DNA of 64,000 bases from Ruditapes philippinarum (Eukaryota). The stretch spans positions 248,001 through 312,000 of the forward strand of contig NW_026858021.1 in NCBI RefSeq assembly GCF_026571515.1, read 5' to 3'. This document shows, piece by piece, positions 1 to 12,669 of the stretch. The translations under genes were made by a program, and so were the position numbers. Positions within the stretch are counted from its first letter, which is position 1. The number at the start of each line of letters is the position of its first letter. The notes beneath the pieces were generated by a model, which saw nothing but the letters and a program-made list of their open reading frames with translations, was not told where the DNA came from and made no database searches.

Positions 1-194
1 TCTTGTCACCACAACCTATTTTGTTGTGTTCACGACTTATTATCTTGTGGATAACAAGTCGTAGCCACAAGATAATAAGCCATGGACTCAAAATAATAAG
101 TTATGGCCACAAGTTTATAGTTTGATGCCGCAAGATAATATGTTGTGGCCTCAAGATAAAAATATACTGCAAATGTCAACTCTATGCCTACGTA
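1..194. mobile_element. Right half of a foldback MITE-like element with ~21-bp internal subrepeats (truncated by window start)
   Basis: TTATCTTGTGG/CCACAAGATAA subrepeats occur in both orientations. The end (aaaatatactgcaaatgtcaactctatgcctacgta) is approximately the reverse complement of tacggtggcagagatgatatttgctgtattttt at 3259. Confidence 0.55.
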
Positions 195-689
195 GATTAA
201 ACATTTTATTTAGTTTGATTTGTTTGTATTTCATATACTTACAAACAAGTTTACATATACAACAGTTTGAAAATCAAAACATACATGTACTTATAGATAT
301 AATGTATTTTACACAATAAAAGAATGAAGAAAAATGTAAACTTGACATATTAATTTAGGAAGGAATTTCATTTTCAAACATAGAATTGACATTTTAGGTG
401 CTGAAGTAACGGGATATAAAAAAATGTCATATTTATTAATGTATTTGTGATCGTTACAATACTTTTTAGAAATAATGCAAACGTGTATATATTCCTTACA
501 ATTCTTTTAAACATTCCATTTATTACCATTACCTTTGCTGTCTTTTCTGCTCACGATTTGCGTGTGTAATTCATACAGCATATATAGAATGTCAATGTTT
601 GAAAAATAAACTGATAGGCATACTAGGACAATATTAAAATTGTATTTATTTGTTTGATTTATGATTATATAAAACTTTGACAATTTAAG

Positions 690-1120
690 TTTTTTTGTCA
701 GACATTTGTTAGATAAATTGTATCGGTTGCGTGCTGGCGAGATAAAGCATTTTTACAGATTGTGTGACAAAAGTTGTAAATATGGAACACATGTCTAAAA
801 CCATGACTAAAGGCAATATGTAAAATTCTGTTTATCAAGATTACAATATCAAAACGACGTGAACAATTTTGTAAAATACATCTGTTATTGAAAATATATT
901 TATGGCCTGATTTGTATTGTCTTCTGTTGTTCATTTTTCATATGTTTGAAAAAGAATATCATAACGTTAGTGGCACAGTTTACAGTAACATAAGTAACAG
1001 ATCTGAATAATCTGGTCGATATTACTAGATTAGAGATAAGATACCACAGGACAAATTCTCTCTTTTGGCTTGTCACTTCATGAGGGGTCACAATCCAAGT
1101 GTATCTAAAATAAAAAAATA
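690..1120 (+). pseudogene. Decayed C-terminal ORF2 region of an L2/CR1-group LINE (paralog ~3690-4320)
   Basis: Frameshifted + strand fragments P*LKAICKIL, LKKNIITLVAQF and SGRYY*IRDKIPQDKFSLLACHF resemble the PWLxxIKxIL ... ETGRY ... DEFHFLLxC pattern of L2/Crack/Daphne ORF2 ends. Many stops. Confidence 0.4.
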
Positions 1121-2169
1121 TAACGTACATTGATGATTAAAAACAATGCTATTTCATAAACATATGCAAATACAATGTCACTGAACTAAAACAATCAAAC
1201 ACTGCTAAATGTTGTTTCTACATCTGTTTCGAACAATTTGCATATAATAGGGATGATCAAATTAACGTCGACTGTAATTAATTAGAAGTTGCCGTCACTG
1301 CTATATAAAACTAATAAATAGGAACACAGAGTATAAAAAATATTAGCAAAAATAATGACTACACAAAACAAAATGGTCACAATATTCTGCCCGGAGCACG
1401 CCGTTTTGTCAATTTTGTAACGTAGAAATAAATCAAATTTAATTCTTAATCAAAATTGTATCATAGTTTCCGTTTAATGTTACTTAAAAATCCCGGAATG
1501 CTGCTATGTACATTAGGCAAATTTTTGTACCCCTATTGACACTGATCTAAGACAACCGACTTAAGAGATTTATATTAGAAACAAGGGAAATACTGAAACA
1601 TATACTGTAACGAGGCAAACACATAACTCATGTTTGCGTATTCCAGACTGTTGTTAAACAAGCTATAAAACTAAAATGCGATATAAGGTAATTGTCTTAA
1701 TAAAACCTAACAGACGTATTACATTACATTATTTGATACTAAATTGCTGCCTTTATTTTTCTTGTTTTATTCTCACATTAATCTCATTTAGATTCACAGC
1801 CACAGACGGTTATTCATTACATGTGCTTGTAATAAAATTTATTTTACTTACTTATGACACTTTATTTCTTATTCAGATAACTCATTACATCTAGTTAAAA
1901 ATCTTGTTTAATATAATGTTACGTTTTTCACCTTCAAGTAACCAATTTAAGTCCTAAACATTCAATAATATTGTATCGTAATTATATTATAGTTATTTAT
2001 ATCATATAATATTGAAGCATATCGTATGGGTAAATATCGATTCTTGTAATCATACAATATACTATTTCATGTCGTATCGTATCCTGTAGTATCGCATATT
2101 ATAGTAATATATATCGTAGTGTATCGTTGCACATCGTTAGATTATAGCATTGATTCTTGTCATACATGT

Positions 2170-2550
2170 GAAGATATGGCATGAGTGTAGGTTTAATACT
2201 AAATTTATTGAACGAGTTGAATAAACTCATATTATGCGAGCCTCTGTCGAGCATAATATTGTTTTATTCAACGATAAATTTCAATTTCCTTTAGTATTGA
2301 ATCTACACGAATATTATATTCTATTTTTCACTTATTCAAAAAGAGAACCATTTACAGTTAAAACGAGTCATTTTTCATTGAAACGCAGTGTAACGCTAAC
2401 ATTAGCGCGCTTTAACGCTATATTTATATTTAACGAAAGTGACATCACGTCCAAGTGTTATTACAATAGTGTAATATTGTTTTTTATTAAATGGTTTTAT
2501 TACAATTCAATGGTTTTATTACACTCCTGTGCCGCGGTTTATGTGATAAA
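2170..2550. mobile_element. Non-autonomous DNA element with a long internal imperfect palindrome
   Basis: Imperfect inverted repeat at ~2184-2308 (gtgtagg...ttgaataaa...ttatgc / gcataat...tttattcaa...ctacac). Absent from the paralogous position near 6480-6700. Confidence 0.5.
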
Positions 2551-2867
2551 TTATACTATTGTATATTGTAATATTACAGTTATGTAACAGTAATTATTAT
2601 TAAGTAATACACGTGAGGAATAGGATCTTACATAATAATTATATTTAATATTTTAAGTTCATCTTTAACATCTGAAACATATTGTTATTCAGAAAAAATT
2701 TCTTCAACATGTTATGTGAACCTAAAAAAATACTTACACGTTATATTTTTAATTGCAATATATTAAAAATATTAGCAAAATAATTGTCATATTTAATTTT
2801 AATGGCGAAACAGTGGGTATTGATCTGCAGTAAAAAGTATTATTTTCTAAACACTATGAATTAAATG

Positions 2868-3073
2868 GACTTCACGTGGCAGTATGGCCGAGATGTAAAG
2901 GCACCGTACGAGTAATCTAATGATGCCATCAGGGGCAAGTCGTTGTTTCCTTGAGCAAGAAACTTTATGCTAATTGCCCAGTACTGGTTGGTTCCAGGAA
3001 CGGAGTCGAAAGTGTGTCTATAAGCTTATTGCTTCCTACAAAATCGAACTAAATCAAATTCTGTATAAAAAGT
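2868..3073 (+). mobile_element. tRNA-derived CORE-type SINE, decayed
   Basis: A-box-like tatggccgagatg, a CORE-like block cgttgtttccttgagcaagaaacttta, and an A-rich tail. GC-richer than flanks. Confidence 0.65.
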
Positions 3074-3258
3074 AAATGGACCAAACATTTCATCATGAAA
3101 AAGTGTGTCATTAGAACGGGGCTTCCTTTTTAGAATGTCTGGAATAGTAATAACAGTAATTAGTCTCTTCAATTCCCTTGGATGTTGTATTTATACATTC
3201 ATACTTGAACAACGAAAAGCTATATCTCGCCTACTAAGATAACAGGAGAACATACTAA

Positions 3259-3340
3259 TACGGTGGCAGAGATGATATTTGCTGTATTTTTATCTCGTCG
3301 CCACGACCTAGAATGTTGTTGCCACGACTTATTATCTTTT
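3259..3340. mobile_element. Left terminal fragment of the same foldback MITE family as 1-194
   Basis: Matches the reverse complement of ~150-194 and shares cacgacttattatct with 1-50. Confidence 0.5.
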
Positions 3341-3918
3341 AGTCATTTATGGTAGGAATCTCATTTTCAATCATAGAATTTACATTTTAGATAAGGAAGT
3401 TATGAGATATGATAACTTGTTACATAATTGCTTTCGTTATCGTTACAATACTTTGTAGAAGTGATACAAACATGTTTATATTCCTATTCTTTAAAACTTT
3501 CCATTTATAACAATTTACCTTGCTGTCTTTTATATTCTCGATCTGCGTGTGTAAATTATACTCAATATTTCACAGCACATATAAAATGTCAATGTTTGAA
3601 AAATAAACGGGCAACCATATTAGGACAGCATATTGTATTTATTTGTTTGATTTATGGCTTTAACAAACTTTGACAATTTAAGAATTTTTGTAAGACATTT
3701 GTTATCTAAATTGTATCTGTGGCATGCTGACGAGATAAATAACTTTTACATATTGTTTTACAAAAGTTGTAAATATGGAACAAATCTCTAAAACCATGAC
3801 TGAAGGCAATATGTAAAATTCTGTTTTACATGTTTATCGAAATAACGATATTAAAATGACGTGAACTATTTTGTAAAGTACATCTGTTATTGTAAATATA
3901 GAAATGACCAGATTTGTA

Positions 3919-4109
3919 CAGCCGTACAGCCCTTTTCCCTTTAATTCCCTTATGGGCCTGTTTTTGTTTATATTATTTCACATTACATGTCTCGCCCTTG
4001 TGTCCACTCCGGGTGCTTGTTTGGTGCCTACTGGGTGTCCTGCTTTGGTGTGTCCGGGGGCGGCGTCCTGTGAACGTTGCCTATGCCTTGTTGATCTTTG
4101 TTCTTGTTA
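3919..4109 (+). mobile_element. Short (~191 bp) interspersed element, subfamily B, full length with 5-bp TSD
   Basis: The empty site at 909-924 reads gatttgtattgtcttc. The filled site has TTGTA (3914-3918) + insert + TTGTA (4110-4114). A close copy lies inverted at 56291-56487. Confidence 0.85.
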
Positions 4110-4668
4110 TTGTATTGTCTTCTGGTGTTTAGTCTTTTCTTATCTATGTTTGGAAGAGAATTACTTTTCGCCAGAAGCACAGGTTAAAGTAACTTAAGAA
4201 ACAGATCTGAATAAACTGATCGATATAACTAGACTATAGATAAGATGTCAAAGGACACATTCTCTTCTGGCATGTCACTTCATGATGGGCCACAATCCAA
4301 GTGCGTTAGAAAAAAATATTATGTACATTCTAGATATGAAACAACAGTATTTCATAATCATATACAAATAAAATTACACTTTACTAGAAATAAAATTAAA
4401 CGCCACTGAATATTGTTTATATATCTACCATGTAAAACATATTACACCTATGTACAATAAAACCGACTTAAAGGTGCAGAGGAGCAAAAATATTTAAGGA
4501 AAATCAAACATGACAAAATAAACTTATGTTTTAAGAAAAGTAAAACTATATAAGGGTCAAGAAAGAATTTACATGCTACGTGCAATTAAAAAAGACTGAT
4601 TGAGCATTTATTTATCACCAAATTCCTACAGCATTAGAGCTTATTGTGCATAATTTGACTTCCATGAA

Positions 4669-4702
4669 CAGGCTCAATCAAATCGAGCCTGCAACCTTTT
4701 CA
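4669..4702 (+). mobile_element. Helitron/Helentron-like 3' terminal hairpin (related copies at ~6745-6790, 45405-45430, 47075-47200, 53500-53580 on - strand)
   Basis: CAGGCTC-9nt-GAGCCTG hairpin followed by caac(a/c)ttttc(t/a). The spacing fits the Helitron hairpin-then-CTRR end, but the CTRR is degenerate in all copies. Confidence 0.45.
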
Positions 4703-5368
4703 AATTAGTTGCAATGAACTATTTTTAGGGATTCTGTTTTTCTCTATTCTTTTCGGTTATGTGGATCGTTAGTTCCGTTTACAATGTTAAAATTACATTC
4801 TGTGTTCACTTCACAATATTTTCTTTTTCAAAATACATTTTCGAAAAATGTTCATGAAAGTAAGCATGGATCTGGAGTTATGCTGCTTTAAATGTTAATT
4901 TATACTATGGTTCCTATTTAATTTTAACTTACTAAAAAGTCCAAGAATGCTGCACTTTACATTAGAAACTTTTGTAACCTTATTGACACTAATATAAGAC
5001 AACTAACTTCGAGTAGATCTATGTATTGAATCAGATACCGTAACGAAACAAACACATAACTCATGTTGACGAACGAATTCCAGACAGTTGTTAAACAAGC
5101 TATAAAGCATTAGGTAATTGACAAGATAAAAGCTAGCAGACGTTTTACATGATGTTATTTGATACTATGTTGCTGCCTTTACTTTTCCTGTTTTTCTAAT
5201 ATGTCAGAACTTATTATTTGAATCTGAATTCACAGACACAGTTGATTATTCATAACATATATTTTTGCAATAATGTTTTTTTGAATACTGATTGCACTGT
5301 GTACTTATTCAGAAATATTATTAAAGCTAGTAAAAAAACATGACAAATATAAATTACGTTTTCTCTTT

Positions 5369-6412
5369 CAAGTAATCGATTGTAGCTTTAAACATTAAAA
5401 TAATCGATTGAAGCTTTTAACATTCAAATAGTCGGTTGTAGCTTTAAACATTCAAATAATCGATTGTAGCTTTAAACATTCAAATAATCGATTATAGCTT
5501 TAAACATTTAAGTAATCGATTGTAGCTTTAAACATTAAAAAATCGATTGTAACTTTAAACATTCAAATAATCGATTGTAGCTTAAAACATTCAAATAATC
5601 GATGGTAGCTTCTAACATTCAAATAATTGATGGTAGCTTTAAATATTCTTATAATCGATTGTAGCTTCTAACATTCAAATAATCGATTGTAACTTCTAAC
5701 ATTCATCAAATAATCGATTGTAGCTTCTTACATTCATATAATCGAGTATAGCTTTAAACATTCAAATAATCGATTGTAGCTTAAAACATTCAAATAATCA
5801 GTTGTAGCTTTAAACATTAAAATAATCGATTGTAGCTTTAAACATTCAAATAGTCGGTGGTAGCTTTTTACATTCAAATAGTCGGTTGTAGCTTTAAACA
5901 TTCAAATAATCGATTGTAGCTTTTAACATTCTTATAATCGATTGTAGCTTTTAACATTCAAATAATCCATTGTAGCTGTAAATATTCAAATAATCGATTG
6001 TAGCTTTAAACATTCAAATAATCGATTGTAGCTTTTAACATTCAAATAATCGATTGTAGCTTTTAACATGCAAATAATCGATTGCACCTTTAAACATTCA
6101 AATAATCAGTTGTAGCTTTAAACATTCAAATAGTCGATTGTAGCTTTAAACATTCAAATAATCGATTGTAGCTTTTAACATTCAAATAATCGATTGTAGC
6201 TTTAAACATTCAAATATCGATTGTAGCTGTAAACATTCAAATAATCGATTGTAGCTTTAAACATTCAAATAGTCGATTGTAGCTTCTAACATTCAAATAA
6301 TCGATTGTAGCTTTAAACATTCAAATAATCGGCTGTACTTTTAAACACCAAAATAATCGGTTGTAGCTTTTAACATTCAAATAATCGATTGTAACTTTTA
6401 ACATTCAAATAA
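5369..6412 (+). repeat. 29-bp minisatellite, ~36 copies, consensus AATAATCGATTGTAGCTTTAAACATTCAA
   Basis: Direct tandem periodicity visible throughout, with few substitutions per unit. Confidence 0.97.
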
Positions 6413-8327
6413 TATCGTATCGTTTATTATAGTAATATATATCGTATTGTATCGAAGCATATAGTATGGAACAGTATTAATTCCTATCATATAATAAATT
6501 AAATTATGTCGTATCATATCATATGATACCGTATATTAATGTAATATATATCGTATCGATCTTAGTATATCGTATGATATAGAATACATACCTGTCATAT
6601 TTTAAAATATCGTATCGTATTTATTATGATAATATTTCATATTGTCGCGTATCGTATGGTAAAGCAGTAATTCTTGTCATAATTAATAAATACATATAAC
6701 TTATCTAGACCTTAAAATGTGATCAGACTACTGTGATACTCAATAAGAACGTTGAAGGCTTGGTTTGATTGCGCCTGTTCCATTGCAATTGAGCCAAATA
6801 TATTTATAAGTAATAATGTTACGTGATATTTATCTAGAACTTCAAAATTTATGAGCTATATTTATGTCATACTAAACTATATTATTTGGGAAAAATTGAT
6901 GGTAATTCTTTACAATATCTCTTTTATATATAATTATTGTCACATTCTTGTGATATCGTCTTCTATGATCGTCGCTAGACATGAACTAATCTTATTTCAG
7001 ATATTTGTGTGACAATTTTCGTGCATGAAGAGCAATGACCGAATGCAAACAAAACATAATTGCATTATGTTTGATGGAGATATAGAAAAATTTCTAAGAA
7101 CTTTTATAATTTTGTTCGAAAATAATATGGGTTTAGAAATGATACCTACACATTGTCATTATGTGAATTTCTCAGATAATATTATATGGAATGTGGAGAT
7201 ATGACGTCTTTACTAGATAATTTTTAGAAAAATTGTTTCCAGTTCCGTCATGTCAAAAAACACTATAAAGTGACGTTTATGGTTATGGTTCCCATGAAAT
7301 TAAGCCTCTCTCATGTAACTATATTATCTAACTAAATTTATAAACTCGTATACTTATAATGTTTTAATTTAGAGTAATAAATTTTTTGTTAACTGCCTAA
7401 TAAATAAAACAGTCAAATAAAGAAATATATTGAATTGAATATCTGGATAAATCGTACATATTAACAACATTCAACACATTTTCCTGACAGTTATATGTTT
7501 CTTTATCAAGAGAAACGGCGCTCGGCATCGTTAATGGTTTTATATTTTGAGCAATAATCTAATTACATTTGCTATCGCAAAACAGTATGACTATCCTTTG
7601 TGAATGAATGTATTCGTGATTCTAAAGTAACAATCAAATCACTGCAAACTAAGAAGATTGCCAGAGTGTAAAGCACCGTGCGATGAAAACAAACCCAAAT
7701 TTATAAAGATATGTTTTAAAAAACAAAACAATAAAGCTTTGAAATGAATAAATAATAATGATTGAAATTGATATTTAATAACTAAAGCCTTTGTAACAAT
7801 GCAAATGTTAATTTTATGGCGTTGAATTTCAAATTGTGAAGCTTATTTGGCCTGCATATACAAGTCACGTCTGATATAGAACGTCATGATCAAAAATGAC
7901 AACATTTGCTAAACCGGTAAATGTTCCATTTTATATGATTATGTTCTTTACTTATGCTTATATTGCTTGACAGCATCCCACGTTCAATTGTAGGAAATGT
8001 CCTGTGAATAACAGAACGACATGGTAACAGTAGCATGACTCTCCAAATAGAAATAGAAAAGATACATATACATTCCTTACATTAAATTTTAGTCTTGAAA
8101 CGTATTAATGTCAAGGATTTATCTGAGGACGAAAAGGTTAAGCCTGTTAAAGTAATACATTCTGTGTTTGTACAATGAGTGTAGCAGACGTGAAAATGTA
8201 AGGAGCAAATTGTTGTCGCGTTCTTCTCGCTATTTTGAATCAGGTGCTTAATATTTCTTATATAAAGCAGCAAATGGCCTTGGTTTTTCAAATATAAAAA
8301 TAATCAAGTTGAATCAAACTTTAACAA

Positions 8328-8600
8328 CAATCAGACACTGTAAGTTCAAATAAATTCAAATCTGACAAATATATTTGAAAAATAACTACGCAGTAAATTA
8401 ATATTGATGTTATATGTTTGTCAGTAAAACCGAATTAAATGACAAAACAAAGAATAAAGCCCTATTTCACAGCAATCAGACTATCTAGTTTTGAATAAAT
8501 TCAAGTCTAAGAAATATATTTCAGACGTAACTGCGCAATTAATTTATATTGATTATACGTGTTTTTTCAATGAAACCCAATATAATTACAGCAACATTGA
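8328..8600 (+). repeat. Degenerate ~145-bp direct dimer
   Basis: caatcagac...aataaattcaa.tct...aaatatattt...taact.cgca...atattgat occurs at ~8328 and ~8473. Confidence 0.6.
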
Positions 8601-10869
8601 TTTAGGTCCGATCTCACGGTTTAACTTAAAATTAGAAAAGAAGTAAATTTGTTATACTTGATACACGTAAAGAAGCAGTTGATCTCAATTTGCGCGTTTT
8701 CGAAGGAAATTTCGAAACCAATATTTTGCTTTTTGCTGATAACTCATAAAGACAATACAAATGATCAACTCGCTTTAATATAACAAATGATTTGGTCATT
8801 GAAAATCAAATTTACTGTAACCAAGATTAATGTTAATGTCAAAGTCATTTTTTTTCAGTGTCAGGTTAAGTTGAATTAGTAATTTATTTTGAGTGTTTGA
8901 CAATTATAATAATAATTATGATTGACCAATAATTGATAATGAAAAATGTTCAGAATAAAAAATGAAAATTACTCCAATTATCAAAAGTCTTGTTCTTTTT
9001 ACATGAAACAGATACATTCAAAACGATATTTATGAACGGCCACTGTGTGAGTTATTTTTGAATAAGAAAAAACAAAGCAAACAAAAAAACAACAACAACA
9101 CAATTTATAGCAAAATGAAAAGTTATTTTACTTCTACCTGTTGACTCATAATTTATATTTGGATTGGCATAAGGTCATTTCTAAAGAAATGTTATTTCAA
9201 ATAATATTTCAATAATCTTTCATAAGAAAAGTATATAGTGTGTTTATTACCGATTTTAGTAAATTGGACTTTAAATTGTAGTTGCTTTCAGTATTGAAGA
9301 ACAAACATAATATTAAACTGATTAAAGCAAAGAAATACAGGCAAAAAAACCCAAGCATTGTTTTAAAGTAAATGGTAGGAAATTAAATTGACTACATAAT
9401 GAAAAGGTAAATTCATTTTATATGTAAAAATCTGTTTGATTTATGTTATGTCTTTAAAACGTCAGCAATCCACAGATAGTTTGTCAAAAATACTCGTACT
9501 TTATTTGAATTGCATGGTTTGCATGCTGTTAAGATAAACAGTCTTTACTTTCAAACTATAAAACTGTCTATGGAAGTAATTATGCAAAAGAAAAAAGGAA
9601 CGATTAAATCTGTTATCTTTTTAGTTAAATACTAAAGTTTAATGTAAGTATCTATTATGACTCACTTTCATTACTCATCGGATTATAAACGGATTACACA
9701 ACATCAAATTGTGTTCTCCAATTTCATTGATTATAAATCTCATCCTAATTGAATTGTGTTCGACATTTGTGTAGATTCCAATAAGTTTGGATTAATCTTC
9801 AGGAATGAAACAGCAGTTTCATTTGCTAATACTTTTGTGTTAATAAAATACGTCGGATATAAAAGAATGTTTTATTGTCCACTACAAATCGGATTCCATT
9901 TGTTTTATTCATGGAATATTTTATAGAATTGATATTTTTGACTGACTTTTTCACAAATGTTATAATGTATTTAAGGTTGAAAAATCATATAAAGCCTAGG
10001 GCAAATAAAACCTTTTTTTATCCATCAAAAAATCTATTTGCAGAATAGAAAACCACTAACATTACATTAGGTTGGTTCTCAAATATAAGATAATGATTTG
10101 CTAATGCTACCAGTATAAACATATAATATCGGTCAGGACTTTACAGATAATTAATCATTAATTGTGTATTTGATACATCCCTACTCTTACCGTTTCTTTG
10201 AATAACAATACATGTAGATTTAACCACGAACATTGACATGTGCTCTTTTGTAACAAATATGTTGTGATTCTTATTTTATCCACTTATTTGATAATAAGAA
10301 AAAGACAAGTAGGGATTTATGCATTAATAACATGACATCACTTACATATAAAACGTCATTCATTTAAGACAGTGTGCATTTGTATACATTCAATAAGAAA
10401 CATTTTAATGCAAACATCTTTAAGCATTTTTTTCAGTAAACTTATAAAATCTTCTTTATTATTACAGGTAAATAATGTCTGTTTAATGCATCTTAACATT
10501 TGATAAAACTCTTTAAGGACATTTATAATTTATTTTAAAGTAGTTAGAGCTGTAAAATATAAAACAAGTTGCAAATGCGGGAATACATTAGCCAAAGAAT
10601 ACTTCATTTGATACATATATAAGACGAATGGTCTAAAGATGTTTAACAATTTATGTCTGAATATCAGCTATCTATAAAATTTAATTTCCTGTTGTCTGTT
10701 CTTCGACTCGATTAACAATAAAGACATATCAAATTATTACATGATTAACAGTATAGACATATCACATTACAACATGTGATCCATAAGTGCCTGTGAATTG
10801 TCTCAAGATCTGAAATAAAAAAATAATGATTTTATTTTGCAGTTTACCAGTATTTTGTATTTCTACAAA

Positions 10870-11760
10870 CAAATCGTTGATAGGTCTTTTTAAAACGGAC
10901 CATCTTAATCTAAAATTGTTTTTCAATGTAAAGTTTTTTGCCCATATTCAGGTTATGTCTCAAAAGCAATAAATTTATGTCACAAAACTTTACCGACATA
11001 TTACAACAGTACAGTTTCTAATTGATATGTTGACAAAATGATATAAAATGATATACTTGTATTTCAGGTTTTTAAGAACATAATTTTAAATGTTTGAATG
11101 ATAAGTCGTTAACAAACGAATGCCTAATTTAATCTTAAACGATACATCAATTGATCTTAAGTCAATCTCTCACACAAATTTCATGTACATAAAAATTACA
11201 GCATCGTGGCAAACACAATGCAGTTCAATTCAGATCAAATCCAATATCCTTTGATAAGAAATATTTCATTTGTCAGTTAAACCACATTCCTTTAGTGGGC
11301 TCTATAATTTTATAATTCGTGTAAATTTACACAACGATGTAAAACCTCGGAAGTAAATGTTTCAAATACAAGACTTTAGTGCAAAATCCTTTTACAACAT
11401 TGTATGTGATTAGTCCAGAAACCACTAAAACTGTTTTACTATATTTCTGTGAATGCCTTCTAAATTGTTTACGGAGAAACCTTTATGACAGTATCTTGAG
11501 AAATTAGACTTTTGTTTATATAAAATTTATCAAGATTACTGTTTTTGTGTGACAAATAGGCATCCTAAAAACATCGTTTGGCATATAAAGGGAGAAGAAT
11601 TCCACACGTCACAGATATTTGAATGACCTCTTTCCTAGCAGAAAGAGCAACGACGGTTTGCAAGGAAATAATTATTGACAAAATATTTTGAGTGGTTTGA
11701 GATATTATTTCATCCTGGTAGTCATATAAAACTTTAACTTTTGGTTAATGTATATTGTAA
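10870..11760 (+). pseudogene. Decayed CR1/L2-type LINE reverse transcriptase C-terminal region (paralogs ~18860-19740, ~30170-31130)
   Basis: Frameshifted + strand peptides PNLILNDTSID...ITASWQTQCSSIQIK and, in the paralog, FKTSLNI...QRYLNDLFPSIKSNDRFQ resemble the L.LNG..IE.V...LSW..H ... FKSLN.L.P.YL.DLF pattern. Stops in every copy. Confidence 0.45.
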
Positions 11761-11868
11761 GTGAAACAAAACAAAGACGTTTGCATTATCTAGCTTAGGT
11801 ACCCAGATCTTCAGTCATGCAATGTGCTTTCGTATTCAATAATTATTATTTGTACCTGTCACTTCCAC

Positions 11869-12075
11869 TAAAAAACCCATTGTGGCTTAGTTAAGGGGTT
11901 ATCTTTAATGGTTGAGTCTATGCATCCTTCAGCTCTAGCAAATTGTGTGGTTTTAAGCCCTGTTGTTGCTTTGAAGATTGTAACACCCAGGTTTAACAAA
12001 AATTTTCTGTCCATTGTCGATGCCGAATCTCGTACAATTCTTATAGATGAAATACTGAAGTAAAATGATTTTTTT
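11869..12075 (+). mobile_element. Decayed tRNA-type SINE flanked by ~30-bp direct repeats, unit 1 only
   Basis: aataattatt..t(g/a)tacct(g/a)tcacttccact at ~11838-11869 and ~12078-12107. Unit 2 (19810-19850) has a single copy. A-box-like tggcttagt and B-box-like ggttttaagccc are present. Confidence 0.5.
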
Positions 12076-12582
12076 TAAATAATTATTTATACCTATCACT
12101 TCCACTTACAGGATCGAATTATTGAAAAATTAATTCGCATCAAGTTTTATGACAAAAATAAATATGGCAAAAAGCTTCAATTATGCATGAAATTATTATT
12201 TATCATGATATCTTGTAATGTATTTCTTCCATAAAACACAAATAATGGTCAACAATATACAAATGACGACACAATATCGCCATCTGATGGACCATTAAAG
12301 AGATGAGATAAGGTTGATTTGAACATAATTAAGAGAATATGGTACAAGAAATGTGTTCAACAAACATCATTTATATCAAAACAGAGCAATTATTAGCAAT
12401 TGCTGAGGTATATTTTATGTCATGATAACTTTATAGATTATTTTGGAAATAAAAATCAGAGTGAAACTTGTTTAAAAACTTTTCACGCGATAATGATATT
12501 TCAATAGCTTATACAATGTTGATGATTCTATAAAATTCCAACTACAATTCAAGTTGTTCTCAGACTTTATTAAACAACCGAT

Positions 12583-12594
12583 TATATATATATA

Positions 12595-12667
<73 letters not shown>
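12583..12667. repeat. (TA)n microsatellite
   Basis: ~42 TA units with two TT interruptions. Confidence 0.98.

Positions 12668-12669
<2 letters not shown>

Larger units (their letters stand above)
350..6690 (+). repeat. Diverged tandem segmental duplication: ~350-2165 vs ~3350-6690
   Basis: Colinear matching blocks: 520-700 vs 3505-3690, 1490-1940 vs 4935-5370, 1965-2165 vs 6405-6690. Copy 2 carries extra insertions. Confidence 0.9.

Noticed and set aside
3904-4197. 97-aa Cys-rich ORF resembling a defensin/toxin-like peptide (similar ORFs at 56181-56568)
   Set aside because: It spans a TSD-flanked mobile insertion. The Cys/Leu/Val richness follows from TG-rich composition, and start and stop are not shared between copies.
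5369-6412. CRISPR-like array
   Set aside because: Units are head-to-tail with no unique spacers, there are no cas genes, and the context is eukaryotic.
8123-8134. Minimal hammerhead core CTGAGGA-C-GAAA
   Set aside because: No stem II or convincing flanking helices, and the paralog (~28761) reads CAGATGACGAAA, which breaks the core.
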